Source: a bacterium (lineage in GTDB: Bacteria; UBA8248). Taken from it: DNA of 64,000 nt. The stretch lies in assembly GCA_965199855.1 (NCBI GenBank), contig OZ241326.1, positions 2,464,001 to 2,528,000 on the forward strand. The letters are read 5' to 3'. The position numbers and the translations under genes were made by a program. Positions 1-10,759 of this stretch are shown here, one piece after another (the first letter of the stretch is position 1; each line of letters starts with the position of its first letter). The notes under the pieces were generated by a model. It did not search any database. It was given only the letters and a program-made list of their open reading frames with translations, and was not told the origin of the DNA.

Positions 1-408
1 CGGCTTCGTGCGTTCTAATTTGTTTCTTCCACCAACAGCATAATTATGGCGTTTTCGCCTTTTGACATGGATGCTTAGTGAACGGTCGGAGCTTTTAGTA
101 TCCATCAGCTGTTGAACTTCCGCCATGTTCAAGGTCAGGAAGCCGTCATATCCGCAGACCAAACAAACGAAGCTTTCCGTTGTGCAATCGGAGAGCAAAG
201 CAAGTTCGGCCATATGATCTTCAGCAAAACCAAAAGTCCATGGAGAGAGACGCTTGGCTGAATGTTTAATGTAGAGACCAACCTTCCCACCTATAACAAA
301 TGAATTAACAACGCCGTGGGCATCTTCCGCTTTTATGTGCGTCCCGGTTGATAGTTCAGTAATCAGCGCCCGCAGAACAATGCCGTGGTATCTTTCATAA
401 TCAGCCAT
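1..408 (-). CDS. Hypothetical protein (3'-partial), translationally coupled to the Z1 ATPase; possible degenerate nuclease-fold partner
   Basis: Not in the ORF track because it runs off the window. Manual translation is MADYERYHGIVLRALITEL...GLYIKHSAKRLSPWTFGF...FVCLVCGYDGFLTL..., open for 136 codons. Its ATG (408) overlaps the TGA of the upstream gene (ATGGCTGA). Confidence 0.75.
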   Translation of the reverse strand, partial: MADYERYHGIVLRALITELSTGTHIKAEDAHGVVNSFVIGGKVGLYIKHSAKRLSPWTFGFAEDHMAELALLSDCTTESFVCLVCGYDGFLTLNMAEVQQLMDTKSSDRSLSIHVKRRKRHNYAVGGRNKLERTKP

Positions 409-2284
409 TCGGCTTGTTCCACAGGAAAGTCAACCTATCGATGTCGGCGCAATCGTATTTATAGAACAACCTTCCTCTCAGATTCCGATAGTGAAATATC
501 TTGAAGTGATGGACAGCGGACTTCTCCTTGTCCCGATTAAATTGTCCCCAGAAACCGCGCGACCGATATACGTTTTCTATATCATCACCACGAGCGGGAT
601 CAGGCTTAAATTCGCTGACATCATCAAGGGGGTAAAAAACGATCCTGTTGCCTCCGCTCCCAAAATGATCGACGAACTCTACGAGGTGATTCGGAATTGC
701 TCGCTCTCCAATCAGACGGTGCAAATCTCGGAGAGTGTTCGGTGATAAGAACATCTTATCCACGAGCTCTTTTAACAGTGAATCTATATCTTCGGTAATT
801 CTAAACAAATCAAAAAACATCTCGCTACGATTTGTGTGATATACATTCGCCTTGTCGATACTCGGTCCAGATACTGCCGCAACTCTTTTGTCTGTTACCC
901 ATATGGGCGGATTTCCTTTCCGCGCACCATCCAGGGACAGCTTGTGATAAACGAAACAGCGGCGCCAATCGTTGTAAAGATGCTCAGGTATCGACAACTC
1001 AAAATGCTCAAGATAGTCATTTCTTACGCCAAACATACGGGCTCGCTGAATATACGTATCTTGCTGGATTTTGTGCTTCACGTCCCGGGTGAAATACATT
1101 GATAACAAATTGTTTAGCGTAACCCCCCGGGAGACAATGTTTCCGCCTACCACGATTGTGAACAGTGATTTTGGGTTTGTTGCATCCTCTCCGCTCACTG
1201 AAACATCTCGCTTGGAATTAAGGATAATGATCTTATAGCGGGAGATATTCTTTAGAACAAAATCTGTAATTTTATCAGGGTCGCTATCCGGATATCGCTC
1301 CTTTGCTACCTCCCATATGTTTTCGACGTATTTTTCGGAATCTTTCGAGCCTTTATCCAATACCTCGAATATGCGACGGATAGTTTTCATATCCTTTTGA
1401 TGGTCATCCACCTTGCCGCTCGTATGGACCAGCATTGAATAATTTTTCATTTGGTGATCTGGCCGATCTAGATTCAGATACGCGGTTGCCACCAGAAAAC
1501 TGAACAGTGCTTCTCTTGGGTATTTCGGTTCGTCCCCTTCGGCAGGCAGGGGTTTTAATCGGTAGGCTATATTTTTATCGACCGGGAAGAATTGATCTTG
1601 GCCGGTGTAAGCGCCATGCGTCCCGAATTCCACCCACTTGGAAGTGTCGTTGCCAAACGTGTTGTTCAGGTCGAGACGCGCGGGGGTGGCGGTGACGCCA
1701 ATATATCTGCCATTCGAATTAAGCAATTTTTCTATTAGTTCATTTATCCTTGTTTTGGTTTGATCCGGGCGATTGATTTTCGCGTTGGGCGTAGCGTAGT
1801 CCGCTTCATCATCAATGACGACCACTTGGCCCAGACTGTCTATTTTGTCTATGAATTTTTCTAGATCTCGCGCGTTCTTCTTGCAAAAAACTACGTGGTT
1901 GATTCCTTCTATTTGATATTCAGGGTCCAGTATCTCGGAAAAATTCTTCGGCGACGGCGCCAAGCCACTGATCTGGAAGCGCCCCAAATTCTGTGAAAGA
2001 AGATCAACGCTGTCGTTAAGCAACAGGGCGATAAAAGGAAAGCCCTCATCCAGCAATTTAGCGGCCAGACATATCATCATTTCTGTTTTTCCGCTTTGCG
2101 GCTCTCCATAAATAATGAAAGGGTCCGGATTCTCTTCTCTCATGTTATCGGCGGCGGTAGTGACCGTATGCTCAATCTTGTCGGTTTCCATTCCACGTTC
2201 TTTTAAGCGGTCTAGTTGCTTTTCATACTGATCGGCCGACTTTTCCGACCGCCTGAACTTATTGATGTCAAATTCCGTGCTCAT
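401..2284 (-). CDS. Z1-domain / SF2 helicase-like ATPase (restriction/defence-associated)
   Basis: Walker A GEPQSGKT, Walker B DDEAD, motif III TATP, GNIVSRGVT and DTYIQRARMFG typical of Z1-family proteins. Start moved to MSTEF (2284) behind a GGAGAAGG RBS. DNA is AT-rich. Confidence 0.85.
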   Translation of the reverse strand: MSTEFDINKFRRSEKSADQYEKQLDRLKERGMETDKIEHTVTTAADNMREENPDPFIIYGEPQSGKTEMMICLAAKLLDEGFPFIALLLNDSVDLLSQNLGRFQISGLAPSPKNFSEILDPEYQIEGINHVVFCKKNARDLEKFIDKIDSLGQVVVIDDEADYATPNAKINRPDQTKTRINELIEKLLNSNGRYIGVTATPARLDLNNTFGNDTSKWVEFGTHGAYTGQDQFFPVDKNIAYRLKPLPAEGDEPKYPREALFSFLVATAYLNLDRPDHQMKNYSMLVHTSGKVDDHQKDMKTIRRIFEVLDKGSKDSEKYVENIWEVAKERYPDSDPDKITDFVLKNISRYKIIILNSKRDVSVSGEDATNPKSLFTIVVGGNIVSRGVTLNNLLSMYFTRDVKHKIQQDTYIQRARMFGVRNDYLEHFELSIPEHLYNDWRRCFVYHKLSLDGARKGNPPIWVTDKRVAAVSGPSIDKANVYHTNRSEMFFDLFRITEDIDSLLKELVDKMFLSPNTLRDLHRLIGERAIPNHLVEFVDHFGSGGNRIVFYPLDDVSEFKPDPARGDDIENVYRSRGFWGQFNRDKEKSAVHHFKIFHYRNLRGRLFYKYDCADIDRLTFLWNKPNG

Positions 2285-2436
2285 ACCTTCTCCCGATCCC
2301 GATATAAATACAGTGGAACTAGACGGGTACAGGACGGATAATTTATCACGCTTGATACAAACCGTGTTAGCCACATGTAAAAACATAGCATATCAGCTAT
2401 CGTGATTCAGACTTCTCGCGCTTTTCTCCCCCCCCC

Positions 2437-2868
2437 TCAATACCCCATGTCCCTGGCGGGGGCGTCGGAGGCCACCTGGATGACGATGCCCTCGGTCTCG
2501 GCGGGGTCGAGAAAGAGGATTTCGTATCCCCGGGGGGTGTAGGTTCCCGGCCCGAAGCCTTCCAGGAACCTCACGCCGCTCTCCGCGAAATGCGCGCCCG
2601 CCGCGCCCGTGTCCGGCGTGGAGAGCGCGACGTGCGAGAGGCAGGGGCCGCCGTTTCGCTCGAGCATCTTCGTATAATGGTTCTCGGGGTCGTAGGGCTG
2701 CATGATCTCGATTTCCACGTCGCCCATCCGCAGAAAGGTGGCATGCGCCCAGCCGGTGTCGGCCGTCTGCACCCGGTTCGGCTCGCAGCCCAGCTTTTCC
2801 CGAAACATCTTCACGGTGCGCTCCATGTCGTCCGTGATCAGCCCCACGTGGTGAATCTTTTTGAACAT
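2437..2868 (-). CDS. VOC/glyoxalase family protein (methylmalonyl-CoA epimerase-like)
   Basis: MFKKIHHVGL...EIEIMQP...GPCLSHVAL...ILFLDPAETEGIVIQ; start at MFKK. Confidence 0.85.
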   Translation of the reverse strand: MFKKIHHVGLITDDMERTVKMFREKLGCEPNRVQTADTGWAHATFLRMGDVEIEIMQPYDPENHYTKMLERNGGPCLSHVALSTPDTGAAGAHFAESGVRFLEGFGPGTYTPRGYEILFLDPAETEGIVIQVASDAPARDMGY

Positions 2869-3021
2869 GGCGAGACTCCCCTGAAAGAAGGCGGCGGGAT
2901 TCGTCCGCCGCGTGACGCCGGCATACAAGACACGCGCCGCCCCGAATGTCAAAAAGAGCGCGCCCGGCGCCTCTCCTCCCGCGCGCGGGGGCGGGGAGCC
3001 GCGGCGTCCGTCCGCGTTTTC

Positions 3022-3050
3022 TTGACATCGGCGCGGCGATGCCCTATGCT
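3022..3050 (+). promoter_or_regulatory. Sigma70-type promoter for the ABC transporter operon
   Basis: TTGACA-17 bp-TATGCT about 180 bp upstream of the SBP start. Confidence 0.6.
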
Positions 3051-3228
3051 TCTCCCCATCGTGAAGAGAATCGCGCGAGGGCGGACGGCGGGAAACTCCC
3101 TTTCCCCGGAACGCCATCCCGACGCATGACGCACATGGCGCGGCTTCGCCCTGTCATCATTCATCCTGAAGCGCGGAGTCGCCCCGACGCGGCCCCGCGC
3201 CGCTCAGCCACCACGAGGAGGAGCATCC

Positions 3229-4512
3229 ATGAGCCGTTTGGACAGAAGGAAATTCCTGAAGGGCGCCGGCCTCATCGGCGGCGTCGTGGCCGCGCAGACG
3301 GCGCCCCCTTTCCTGAAGGAGGGACTCGGCGCGCGCCCGATCAAGTGGGGATCCATCCACCCCACGACGGGCCCCTACTCCACCGAGGCCTTCGACCAGG
3401 TGGAGGGCGTCAAGATCGCCATCGAGGACGTCAACAGGGAAGGCGGCGTGGACGGGCGCAAGGTGCAGCTGCTGTTCCGCGACGATCAGTTCAAGTGGGA
3501 TCAGACCACCACGCACGCCCTCGACCTGATCGACAACCACCGCGTTGACTTCATCGCGGGCTCCATGGTCGGGCCCGAGGAGATCCGGCTCAACGAGTTC
3601 TCCCGCAAGCGCAAGATCATCTACGCGAACTATCCCCAGCACATCCTCTCCACCCCGGGCAACGCGAACAAGATGTCGCCCCTGTTCTTCACGGCGAACA
3701 CCACGCCGTATCAGCTGGCGGCGAGTTCGATCACCTACATCGCCCAGAACAATATCGGCAAGAAGATTCACTGCCTCTTCGACGACTACATCTGGCCCAA
3801 GATGTTCGTCCCCGCCTTCAAGAAGCTGACGAAGGACTTCAATCTCTCCTGGAACGCGGACAGCTCCGTCTCCTGGGTGCCCTTCCCGACCTCGATGGAC
3901 TATTCCGCGGCCTTCCCGAGGATTCTGAAGGAGAAGCCCGATATCCTCTTCGTGCTGTGCTGGGGGCAGCGGCAGGTCGCCTTCGTCAAGCAGGCGCGCG
4001 AGGCGGGCCTCGGCGAGAAGGTGAAGATCGTCCTCGGCGCCACCGAGATCACCATCCCCGAGGCCGTGGGCCCCGGCTCCTACGAGGGCTTCAACTCGGC
4101 GATGATGTGGCATCCCTCCCTCGCCGGCCAATACCCGGCCTCCGACGCGCTCAACAAGAAGTTCCTGGCGCGCCGCAAGCGCCCGTGCTCGAGCTACGGA
4201 ATGCTCGCCCACGACCTCACCCGGCTGATCCTGGACACGGCGAAGGAGACGAAGCTCTACAAGCGCCGCGACCACTTCAAGCTCGCGCGCGTCCTGGAAG
4301 GCAAGAAGTTCCAGTACAGCAAGGGCCCGTGCCAGATTCGCGCCTGCGACCACGTGTGCGTCTCGGAGGTCTTCGTCCTGCGCGGCAAGTCCAAGGCCGA
4401 GATGAAGGACAAGTTCGACCACCTCGAGGTCGTCGGCTCCTCCAGCGGCGAGGGCAACACCGTCTCCTGCGAGGCGAAGGGCCTGAAGGGCCCCGCCAGC
4501 GCGAGAGGCTAG
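3229..4512 (+). CDS. Branched-chain amino acid-type (LivK family) ABC substrate-binding protein with Tat signal
   Basis: Twin-arginine signal DRRKFLKGAG; PIKWGSIHPTTGPYS...AIEDVNREGGVDGRKVQLLFRDDQ is the type-1 periplasmic binding fold; followed by livHMGF-like genes. Confidence 0.9.
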   Translation: MSRLDRRKFLKGAGLIGGVVAAQTAPPFLKEGLGARPIKWGSIHPTTGPYSTEAFDQVEGVKIAIEDVNREGGVDGRKVQLLFRDDQFKWDQTTTHALDLIDNHRVDFIAGSMVGPEEIRLNEFSRKRKIIYANYPQHILSTPGNANKMSPLFFTANTTPYQLAASSITYIAQNNIGKKIHCLFDDYIWPKMFVPAFKKLTKDFNLSWNADSSVSWVPFPTSMDYSAAFPRILKEKPDILFVLCWGQRQVAFVKQAREAGLGEKVKIVLGATEITIPEAVGPGSYEGFNSAMMWHPSLAGQYPASDALNKKFLARRKRPCSSYGMLAHDLTRLILDTAKETKLYKRRDHFKLARVLEGKKFQYSKGPCQIRACDHVCVSEVFVLRGKSKAEMKDKFDHLEVVGSSSGEGNTVSCEAKGLKGPASARG

Positions 4513-4545
4513 ACGAAGGGGCCGCGGAAGCGTCTTCGGACGCCG

Positions 4546-4590
4546 GCCGGGGCGGCTGGACATCCGGCGTTCAGCCGCCCCGGCTTTTCT
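4546..4590 (+). terminator. Stem-loop after the SBP gene (terminator/mRNA stabiliser)
   Basis: GCCGGGGCGGCTGGA...TTCAGCCGCCCCGGC followed by TTTTCT. Confidence 0.55.
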
Positions 4591-4667
4591 CCCGCGGCGC
4601 GTGAGGGGGGCCTTCGTCCCGGACGCCGGCGGCCCCGCGATTTTCCCGGCTTTCAAGGAGTTGCGCA

Positions 4668-5648
4668 TTGCCCGGCGGCGGCGTCGAGTTCTCGGAGTTC
4701 GTCCAGCATCTGTTTCTCGGGCTGGTGCAGGGCTCCTTCTGGATTCTTCTGGCCCTCGGCCTCTCCATCATCTTCGGGCTGATGGGCATCATCAACTTCG
4801 GGCACGGCGCCTTCTACATGCTGGGGGCGTACGTGGGGTTCACGGTCTCGAACCTCGTGTTCATGCCGATCCTCGGGCCGAACCTGAGCTTCATCGTCGC
4901 CCTCGCCCTGGTGCCGGTGATCATGTTCGGCATCGGGATGGTCTTTGAGAAATACGTCATCAGCAACATCTACAACACCGAGAACGAGCGCTTCTCGGGC
5001 GTCCTCATCATGTTCGGCATGTCCATCTTCCTGCCCGACTTCGCGCGCTTCGTCTGGGGCAGGCCGGGGGTTCCCTTCAACATCCCGCCCATGTTCCAGT
5101 TCTCGCTCCTCAAGACGGGCACGCTCGACGTCACGGCCTATCGGAGCTTCGCCATCATCACAGCGGCGATTCTCGTCGCCCTCCTCTGGCTGCTCATCTA
5201 CAGGACGAACCTGGGCATGATGATCCGCGCCGGAACCAACAACAACACGATGGTGAAGGTGCTGGGCATCAACGTCTCGCGCATCTGGCGGCTCACGTTC
5301 GGGCTGGGCATCGCCCTCGCGGGCTTCTCCGGCGTCATGATCGCCCCCCTGTTCGCCGTGGACGCCACCATGGGCGAGCTGATTCTGGTGCAGACGTTCA
5401 TCGTGGTCGTGGTCGGCGGCATGGGGAGCTTCATCGGCCCCGTCATCGGCGGGCTGATTCTGGGACAGCTCTGGGCGCTCACCCCCCTGGTGGGGAGAAC
5501 CCAATACGTGGTTCAGAACTGGACGGGCACTGTGATCGGCCCCGATTTCTGGGAAAAGGCTTCCGACATCCTGCTTTTCATCGTCATGGCGGTCATCCTC
5601 CTCCTGAGGCCGAGAGGCCTCTTCGGCCAGGAAGGCGCTTTTGACTAG
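4668..5648 (+). CDS. livH: Branched-chain amino acid ABC permease LivH-like
   Basis: LLALGLSIIFGLMGIINFGHGAFYMLGAY and VVVGGMGS motifs; hydrophobic. Confidence 0.9.
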   Translation: MPGGGVEFSEFVQHLFLGLVQGSFWILLALGLSIIFGLMGIINFGHGAFYMLGAYVGFTVSNLVFMPILGPNLSFIVALALVPVIMFGIGMVFEKYVISNIYNTENERFSGVLIMFGMSIFLPDFARFVWGRPGVPFNIPPMFQFSLLKTGTLDVTAYRSFAIITAAILVALLWLLIYRTNLGMMIRAGTNNNTMVKVLGINVSRIWRLTFGLGIALAGFSGVMIAPLFAVDATMGELILVQTFIVVVVGGMGSFIGPVIGGLILGQLWALTPLVGRTQYVVQNWTGTVIGPDFWEKASDILLFIVMAVILLLRPRGLFGQEGAFD

Positions 5649-5680
5649 GCATCCGGCTCATCCCGGAGGAGGCTTCTAGC

Positions 5681-6883
5681 GTGGACGGCGCGGCTCCGAA
5701 AAACCGCTTCACCCCCAGGGAGTTCTGGGCCTGGCTCGCGGAAGTCTTCGACAACTACGGCATCCTGATACTCGCGGGCCTCCTGCTCTTCTACCCGCCC
5801 CTGTTCAACGGCCTCAACGACAGCATCGTCTGGCTGGAGGACAACGACTGGGAGGCGAGCGCGGAGGTTCTCGCGGAGATTCGCGGCTTCATTCCCAGCA
5901 CGCCCCTGATGATCCAGATTCTCATCTACACGCTCTTCGGCGTCGCCTTCAACATCCTCCTCGGCAACACCGGAATGCTCAGCCTGGGCCACTGCGCGTT
6001 CTTCGGCGTGGGCGGCTACACCGTGGGCATCATGCACGCCTGGATCAAGCCCGGCACCTACGCCCCCGACTGGATGGTGAGCGCCTTCAGGGTGCTGCCC
6101 CTGGAAATCTCGCTCGTCACCTGCGTCCTCGTCTCCACCTTCGTCGCCTGGCTCATCGGCGCCATCTGCAGCTCGAAGCGCGGGGTGTATTTCGCCATGG
6201 TCACCCTCTCGATCAGCATGATCTTCTACTACTCCGCGCAGACGTTCGACGACCTCACGGGCGGAACGGACGGGCTGGGCGGCCTGGAGAACATGCGGCT
6301 CGGCTCCATCGGCCTGCGCGTGGGCATCATGGACGCGAGCGTCACCTACTACTTCGTCTATATCCTCAGCGCCGCGTTCATCGCCTTCATCTGGCAGGTG
6401 CTGCGCTCGCCGTTCGGACACGTCCTGCGGGCGGTCCGCGAGAACGAGAACCGCGCCCGCATCTGCGGCTACGACGTGGCGAAGGTGCGGCTCGCGGCGT
6501 TCACGATGAGCGGGGCGGTCTCCGGCGTCGCGGGCGCGCTGGCGATCATCTACGGCGAGACGGTGCCCATCGAGAACATCCACTTCATCACCTCGGGGCA
6601 GATCGTCATCATCACCCTCTTCGGGGGGGCGGGCGTCTTCCTGGGCCCCGCGGTGGGCTCGTTCATCTACTGGTATCTGCGGCAGCTGATGAGCGTGGAA
6701 TTCGTCAAATACCTGGCCATCTTCCAATACTGGGAGGCGTGGGTGGGCGGCATCTTCGTGCTGATCGTGCTCTTCGTGCCCTCGGGCATCCTGGGCACCA
6801 TCCGCAACGTGACGCTCGAATACCGCGAAAGAAAGTATCTGGCCAAGATCGGCGCGGCCGAAGCGGCGACCGAGACGGAATAG
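5681..6883 (+). CDS. livM: Branched-chain amino acid ABC permease LivM-like
   Basis: NILLGNTGMLSLGHCAFFG, GVYFAMVTL, TGGTDGL, SPFGHVLRAVRENE. Confidence 0.9.
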   Translation: MDGAAPKNRFTPREFWAWLAEVFDNYGILILAGLLLFYPPLFNGLNDSIVWLEDNDWEASAEVLAEIRGFIPSTPLMIQILIYTLFGVAFNILLGNTGMLSLGHCAFFGVGGYTVGIMHAWIKPGTYAPDWMVSAFRVLPLEISLVTCVLVSTFVAWLIGAICSSKRGVYFAMVTLSISMIFYYSAQTFDDLTGGTDGLGGLENMRLGSIGLRVGIMDASVTYYFVYILSAAFIAFIWQVLRSPFGHVLRAVRENENRARICGYDVAKVRLAAFTMSGAVSGVAGALAIIYGETVPIENIHFITSGQIVIITLFGGAGVFLGPAVGSFIYWYLRQLMSVEFVKYLAIFQYWEAWVGGIFVLIVLFVPSGILGTIRNVTLEYRERKYLAKIGAAEAATETE

Positions 6884-6889
6884 CGGAAA

Positions 6890-7624
6890 ATGCCCATCCT
6901 CGAGACGAAAAGCCTCAGCAAGCACTTCGACGCCCTCATCGCCGTGGACGGCGTGGACTACGCGGTGGAGGCCGGCGAGCTGCGCTCCATCATCGGCCCC
7001 AACGGCGCGGGCAAGACGACCTTCTTCAACATGATCGCGGGCGACCTGCTTCCCACGTCGGGACAGGTCGTCTTCGACGGGCGCGACGTCTCGGAGGCGC
7101 CCGCCCACGAGCGCTCCCATCTCGGCATCGGCCGCACCTACCAGATCACGAACATCTTCCCCAAGCTGAGCGTCATGGAGAACATCCGCATCGCCGCGCA
7201 GTCGCGCAAGACGACGTTCAACCTGTGGTCCACCGTCGCGCGCCACGGGGAGCTCATCGAGAAGGCGGACGAGATACTCGAGCGCATCGGCATGACGGAG
7301 AAGCGCGGCGAGCTGGCCGGCGCGCTCGCCCACGGCGAGCAACGCTATCTGGAAATCGGAATCGCCCTCGCCACCGACCCCAAGCTGCTCCTGCTCGACG
7401 AGCCGACCGCCGGCATGAGCCCCGAGGAGACGATTCAGACGGGCGAGTTCATCAAGGGCCTGGCCGACCCGCTGACCGTCGTGCTCGTGGAGCACGACAT
7501 GGAGGTGGTGCTGGGCATTTCGGACAAGATCACCGTGCTGCACAACGGCGCCTTCCTCGCCGAGGGAACGGTGGAGGAAGTCCGCGCGAACGCCGAGGTG
7601 CAGCGCGTCTATCTGAGGGAATGA
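6890..7624 (+). CDS. livG: ABC ATP-binding protein LivG-like
   Basis: GPNGAGKT, LAHGEQR, LLLDEPTAG, VEHDM. Confidence 0.92.
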   Translation: MPILETKSLSKHFDALIAVDGVDYAVEAGELRSIIGPNGAGKTTFFNMIAGDLLPTSGQVVFDGRDVSEAPAHERSHLGIGRTYQITNIFPKLSVMENIRIAAQSRKTTFNLWSTVARHGELIEKADEILERIGMTEKRGELAGALAHGEQRYLEIGIALATDPKLLLLDEPTAGMSPEETIQTGEFIKGLADPLTVVLVEHDMEVVLGISDKITVLHNGAFLAEGTVEEVRANAEVQRVYLRE

Positions 7625-8328
7625 TGCTCGAAGTCGAAACCATCAACACGTTCTACGGCCTGAGCCACGTGCTTCACGACCTGAGCCTGAAGGTCGGCGA
7701 GGGCGAGGCGGTGGCCTTCCTCGGCAGGAACGGGGCGGGCAAGTCCACCACCATGAAGACGATCATGGGGCTGCTGACGCCCCGAAGCGGCAGAATCGCC
7801 ATGCGGGGAAGCGACATCACCCGGGCGGAGGCGCACACCGTCTCGCTCGCGGGAATTTCATGGATTCCCGAGGATCGGCAGATATTCACCAACCTCACCG
7901 TGTATGAGAACCTCAAGATCAGCCGCATTCCCATCGACGGCGCCAGGAATCTCGACGCGCATCTCGACTGGATATTCTCGCTCTTCCCGCGCCTGAAGGA
8001 GCGCGTCAACAACAAGGGGAACCAGCTGAGCGGCGGCGAGCAGCAGATGCTCACCATGGCGCGGGGGCTCGGCACGGAGCCCAGGCTCATCATGGTGGAC
8101 GAGCCGACCGAGGGGCTGATGCCCGCCTACGTGGAAACCATCGAAAACGTGCTGGTGGAGATTCAGAAAAAAGGCATCGCCATCCTGCTCGTGGAGCAGA
8201 ACTTCCGCATGGCGCTCAGCATCACGAAGCGCGCCTACCTCATCGAGAAAGGCGTCATCCGCTGGGAGGGCGCCTCCGCCGACCTGATCGAGGATCAGGA
8301 AACCCGGATGCGCTACCTGGGCGTCTAG
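7621..8328 (+). CDS. livF: ABC ATP-binding protein LivF-like
   Basis: MMLEVETINTFYG, GRNGAGKST, LSGGEQQM, DEPTEGL; ATG overlaps the livG stop. Confidence 0.92.
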   Translation: MMLEVETINTFYGLSHVLHDLSLKVGEGEAVAFLGRNGAGKSTTMKTIMGLLTPRSGRIAMRGSDITRAEAHTVSLAGISWIPEDRQIFTNLTVYENLKISRIPIDGARNLDAHLDWIFSLFPRLKERVNNKGNQLSGGEQQMLTMARGLGTEPRLIMVDEPTEGLMPAYVETIENVLVEIQKKGIAILLVEQNFRMALSITKRAYLIEKGVIRWEGASADLIEDQETRMRYLGV

Positions 8329-8334
8329 GCGCGC

Positions 8335-9687
8335 TCAGGCCGGGGCGGGCGCCCCGCGCTCATCCACCAGGCGGCGCGCCTTCACGTCCCGCATCGGGTC
8401 GTGAATCTCGCCCGGGGCTGCGAATTCGAGAACGGGCCGTATCATCACCGCCTCGCGCACCCGCTCGGGCAGGGAGGCGCCGAGCCTCTCGCGCTCCGCC
8501 TCCTCGGCCTCGACGCGGACGACCATCTCGTCCATCGAGTCCGCGTCGCCGGGGATCGCCTTGCGAATCCTGATCTGAAACTCCCGAATCGCGCGATCCC
8601 TCCCCAGAAGGTCGAAGACGATCCCGGGGTTCACCAGCATCCCGCGAACCTTCAGCAGGTCGCCCGTTCTCCTCGGCGGGCTGACGATGCGCTCGCCCAG
8701 CCGGCCGCAGAGCGGGCAGCGCTCCCAGCGCAGGGCGATGACGTCCCCGATGAGGTAGCGCAGAAGCACCGTGCCGCGCCGGTGCAGGTGCGTGAGCGCA
8801 ATCGCCCCCTCCTCGCCCTCGGCCGCGCGCCGGCCCGTCTGCGGGTCCACCACCTCGAGCAGGTAGAGCTCGGGCACGACGTTGTGCGGCGCCGCCTCGT
8901 TCGCGCACTGGACGAGGCCGCCCTGCATCTCCGTCGCCGCGTAGCGCGCCCGCACCTGCGGCGCCTTCGCCCCGAAGTGCCGGAGGTGGTCCATGTACTC
9001 CTCGCGCAGGGCGTCGCTCACGGCCTCGCCCGTGGTGAGCGCCATGCGCGCGCGGGGGAGTTTCGCGCCCCGCTCCCGCGCCCTTCTCAGAAACCGGCGG
9101 ACGAAGCTCGGCACCCCCCAGATGATCGTGGCGTCCGCCGCCACGTCGATGGCCTCGTCGAGAGACCTCCGCACGGGATACTCCGGATGCGCGCCGCCCG
9201 TCAGCGCGCTCACCACCGGCAGGCCCATGATCTCGGCCGAGCGGACGCAGCAGAGAAACCCGCCCAGGGGCATGGGCGAGAGCGGGTAGAGGTTCGCTAT
9301 GAGGTCGCCGGCGCGCAGACCCTCCGCCTCGCTGCACGCCTTCGCCTGGAGCATGACGTGATATTGATCGTGCGTGGTGTTGAAGAAGGGGGAGGGCCGC
9401 CCGCTCGTGGTTCCCGTGGTGTAGGCCACGTTCCACATCGTCCGCTCCTCGAAGGGGAGCTCGGGCAGCCAGGCGGGGTCGAGGCTGAAGTCCCCGGGCG
9501 CCGCCATGAAGTCCTCCTTGCGCGTCAGGGGAATCTTCTGGAGGTCGTCGAGCTCCCGAATCGCCTCCGGAATCAGGTTCGCCTCGGCGAAGCGGCGCCT
9601 GTAGAAGGGGTGCGCCCGTCCGCACAGGGCGACCATGCGCCGCAGGCGCCTCCTTCGCAGCTCGTTCAGCGCGTCCTCTTCGCTCAT
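8335..9687 (-). CDS. Phenylacetate-CoA ligase (PaaK/AMP-binding) family protein
   Basis: [33 protein letters not shown]; start at MSEEDAL. Confidence 0.85.
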   Translation of the reverse strand: MSEEDALNELRRRRLRRMVALCGRAHPFYRRRFAEANLIPEAIRELDDLQKIPLTRKEDFMAAPGDFSLDPAWLPELPFEERTMWNVAYTTGTTSGRPSPFFNTTHDQYHVMLQAKACSEAEGLRAGDLIANLYPLSPMPLGGFLCCVRSAEIMGLPVVSALTGGAHPEYPVRRSLDEAIDVAADATIIWGVPSFVRRFLRRARERGAKLPRARMALTTGEAVSDALREEYMDHLRHFGAKAPQVRARYAATEMQGGLVQCANEAAPHNVVPELYLLEVVDPQTGRRAAEGEEGAIALTHLHRRGTVLLRYLIGDVIALRWERCPLCGRLGERIVSPPRRTGDLLKVRGMLVNPGIVFDLLGRDRAIREFQIRIRKAIPGDADSMDEMVVRVEAEEAERERLGASLPERVREAVMIRPVLEFAAPGEIHDPMRDVKARRLVDERGAPAPA

Positions 9688-9707
9688 CCGGCGCGGCTCC
9701 CGCGTCC

Positions 9708-10103
9708 TCAGAAAATCCCGGCCGCCCGCTGGAGGCGGCGCACGTATTGCACGATCAGCGCGACCTCCTCCGGCCCCAGGCCCGGCACGGGCGGCATGTC
9801 CCCGAACTTCCAGTGGTGGCTCCTCACCCCGCGCTTCACCGCGAGGAAGAAGGCGGCGTCCGCGTGGTGGGAGGGTTCGTAAATCCGGTGAACCAGCGGC
9901 GGGCCGATGCGGGTGCCCCCGGCCTCCGGCCCGTGGCACCTCATGCAGTGGCGCGCGAACAGGGATTTTCCCGCCCCCGCGCCTCCGGCGTCCGCGGATT
10001 CAGGGGGCGGCGTCGGCGCGGGCGGGGCGGGCCGCTTCGTCAGCGTCACGAGAAGGACGAAGCTCCCCGCCAGCAAAAGCCCCGCCGCCACAGCCCGGCC
10101 CAT
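9708..10103 (-). CDS. Membrane-anchored monoheme cytochrome c
   Basis: N-terminal TM segment, CMRCH haem motif, [14 protein letters not shown], distal Met in GDMPP. Confidence 0.85.
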   Translation of the reverse strand: MGRAVAAGLLLAGSFVLLVTLTKRPAPPAPTPPPESADAGGAGAGKSLFARHCMRCHGPEAGGTRIGPPLVHRIYEPSHHADAAFFLAVKRGVRSHHWKFGDMPPVPGLGPEEVALIVQYVRRLQRAAGIF

Positions 10104-10360
10104 CGCGCCCCCGCGCCTCGCTCTCGAATTCTCCCCAACCCTCGCCGCGCCCGAAAGCGCCGCGCCGCCGGGAGCAGATTAAACGGATTCGCCCGCCCAT
10201 TTCAAACCCCGCCGGGCGGGAGGGCGGCCCGCCTCGCGCGCCCTTGTCTCCCGCGCGATTTTTGAGGATTCTACCCGAAAGGGCGGCGTTGGCGGGAGGA
10301 GCGGCGCGCGCGGGCGCGTCCTCCTCCGCGCGGAGACCGGCGGCATCGGGGAGGCTGGCG

Positions 10361-10759
10361 ATGATCAGGAAAACGGACGCGCAGTGGCGGGAGCAGCTGA
10401 CGAAGGAGCAGTATCGCGTCACCCGGAAGGCGGGAACCGAGCGCGCCTTCAGCGGAAAATACTGGGACTGCCACGAGGACGGCCTCTACGCCTGCGTCTG
10501 CTGCGGGGAGGCGCTGTTCGACTCGGCCGCCAAGTTCGACTCGGGCACGGGCTGGCCGAGCTTCTTCGCGCCCATCGAGGCCGGGCGCGTGGCCGACGCG
10601 GAGGACAACTCCTTCTGGATGCGCCGCGTGGAGGCGCTGTGCGCGAACTGCGGCGCGCACCTGGGCCACGTCTTCCCCGACGGCCCGCCGCCCACCGGAC
10701 AGCGCTACTGCGTCAACTCCGCCTCGCTCGACCTCAAGCCGCGCGAGGCGTCGCCGTAG
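10361..10759 (+). CDS. msrB: Peptide methionine-(R)-sulfoxide reductase MsrB
   Basis: GTERAF, Cxx[31 protein letters not shown]; start at MIRKTD. Confidence 0.95.
   Translation: MIRKTDAQWREQLTKEQYRVTRKAGTERAFSGKYWDCHEDGLYACVCCGEALFDSAAKFDSGTGWPSFFAPIEAGRVADAEDNSFWMRRVEALCANCGAHLGHVFPDGPPPTGQRYCVNSASLDLKPREASP

Noticed and set aside
2397-2439. TGA read-through at the end of the VOC gene
   Set aside because: The domain is already complete, the extension is a short G-run-derived peptide, and there is no SECIS-like hairpin or Cys-equivalent position.
10361-10759. MsrB as a third selenoprotein
   Set aside because: The catalytic residue is TGC (RYCVNS) and there is no in-frame TGA.
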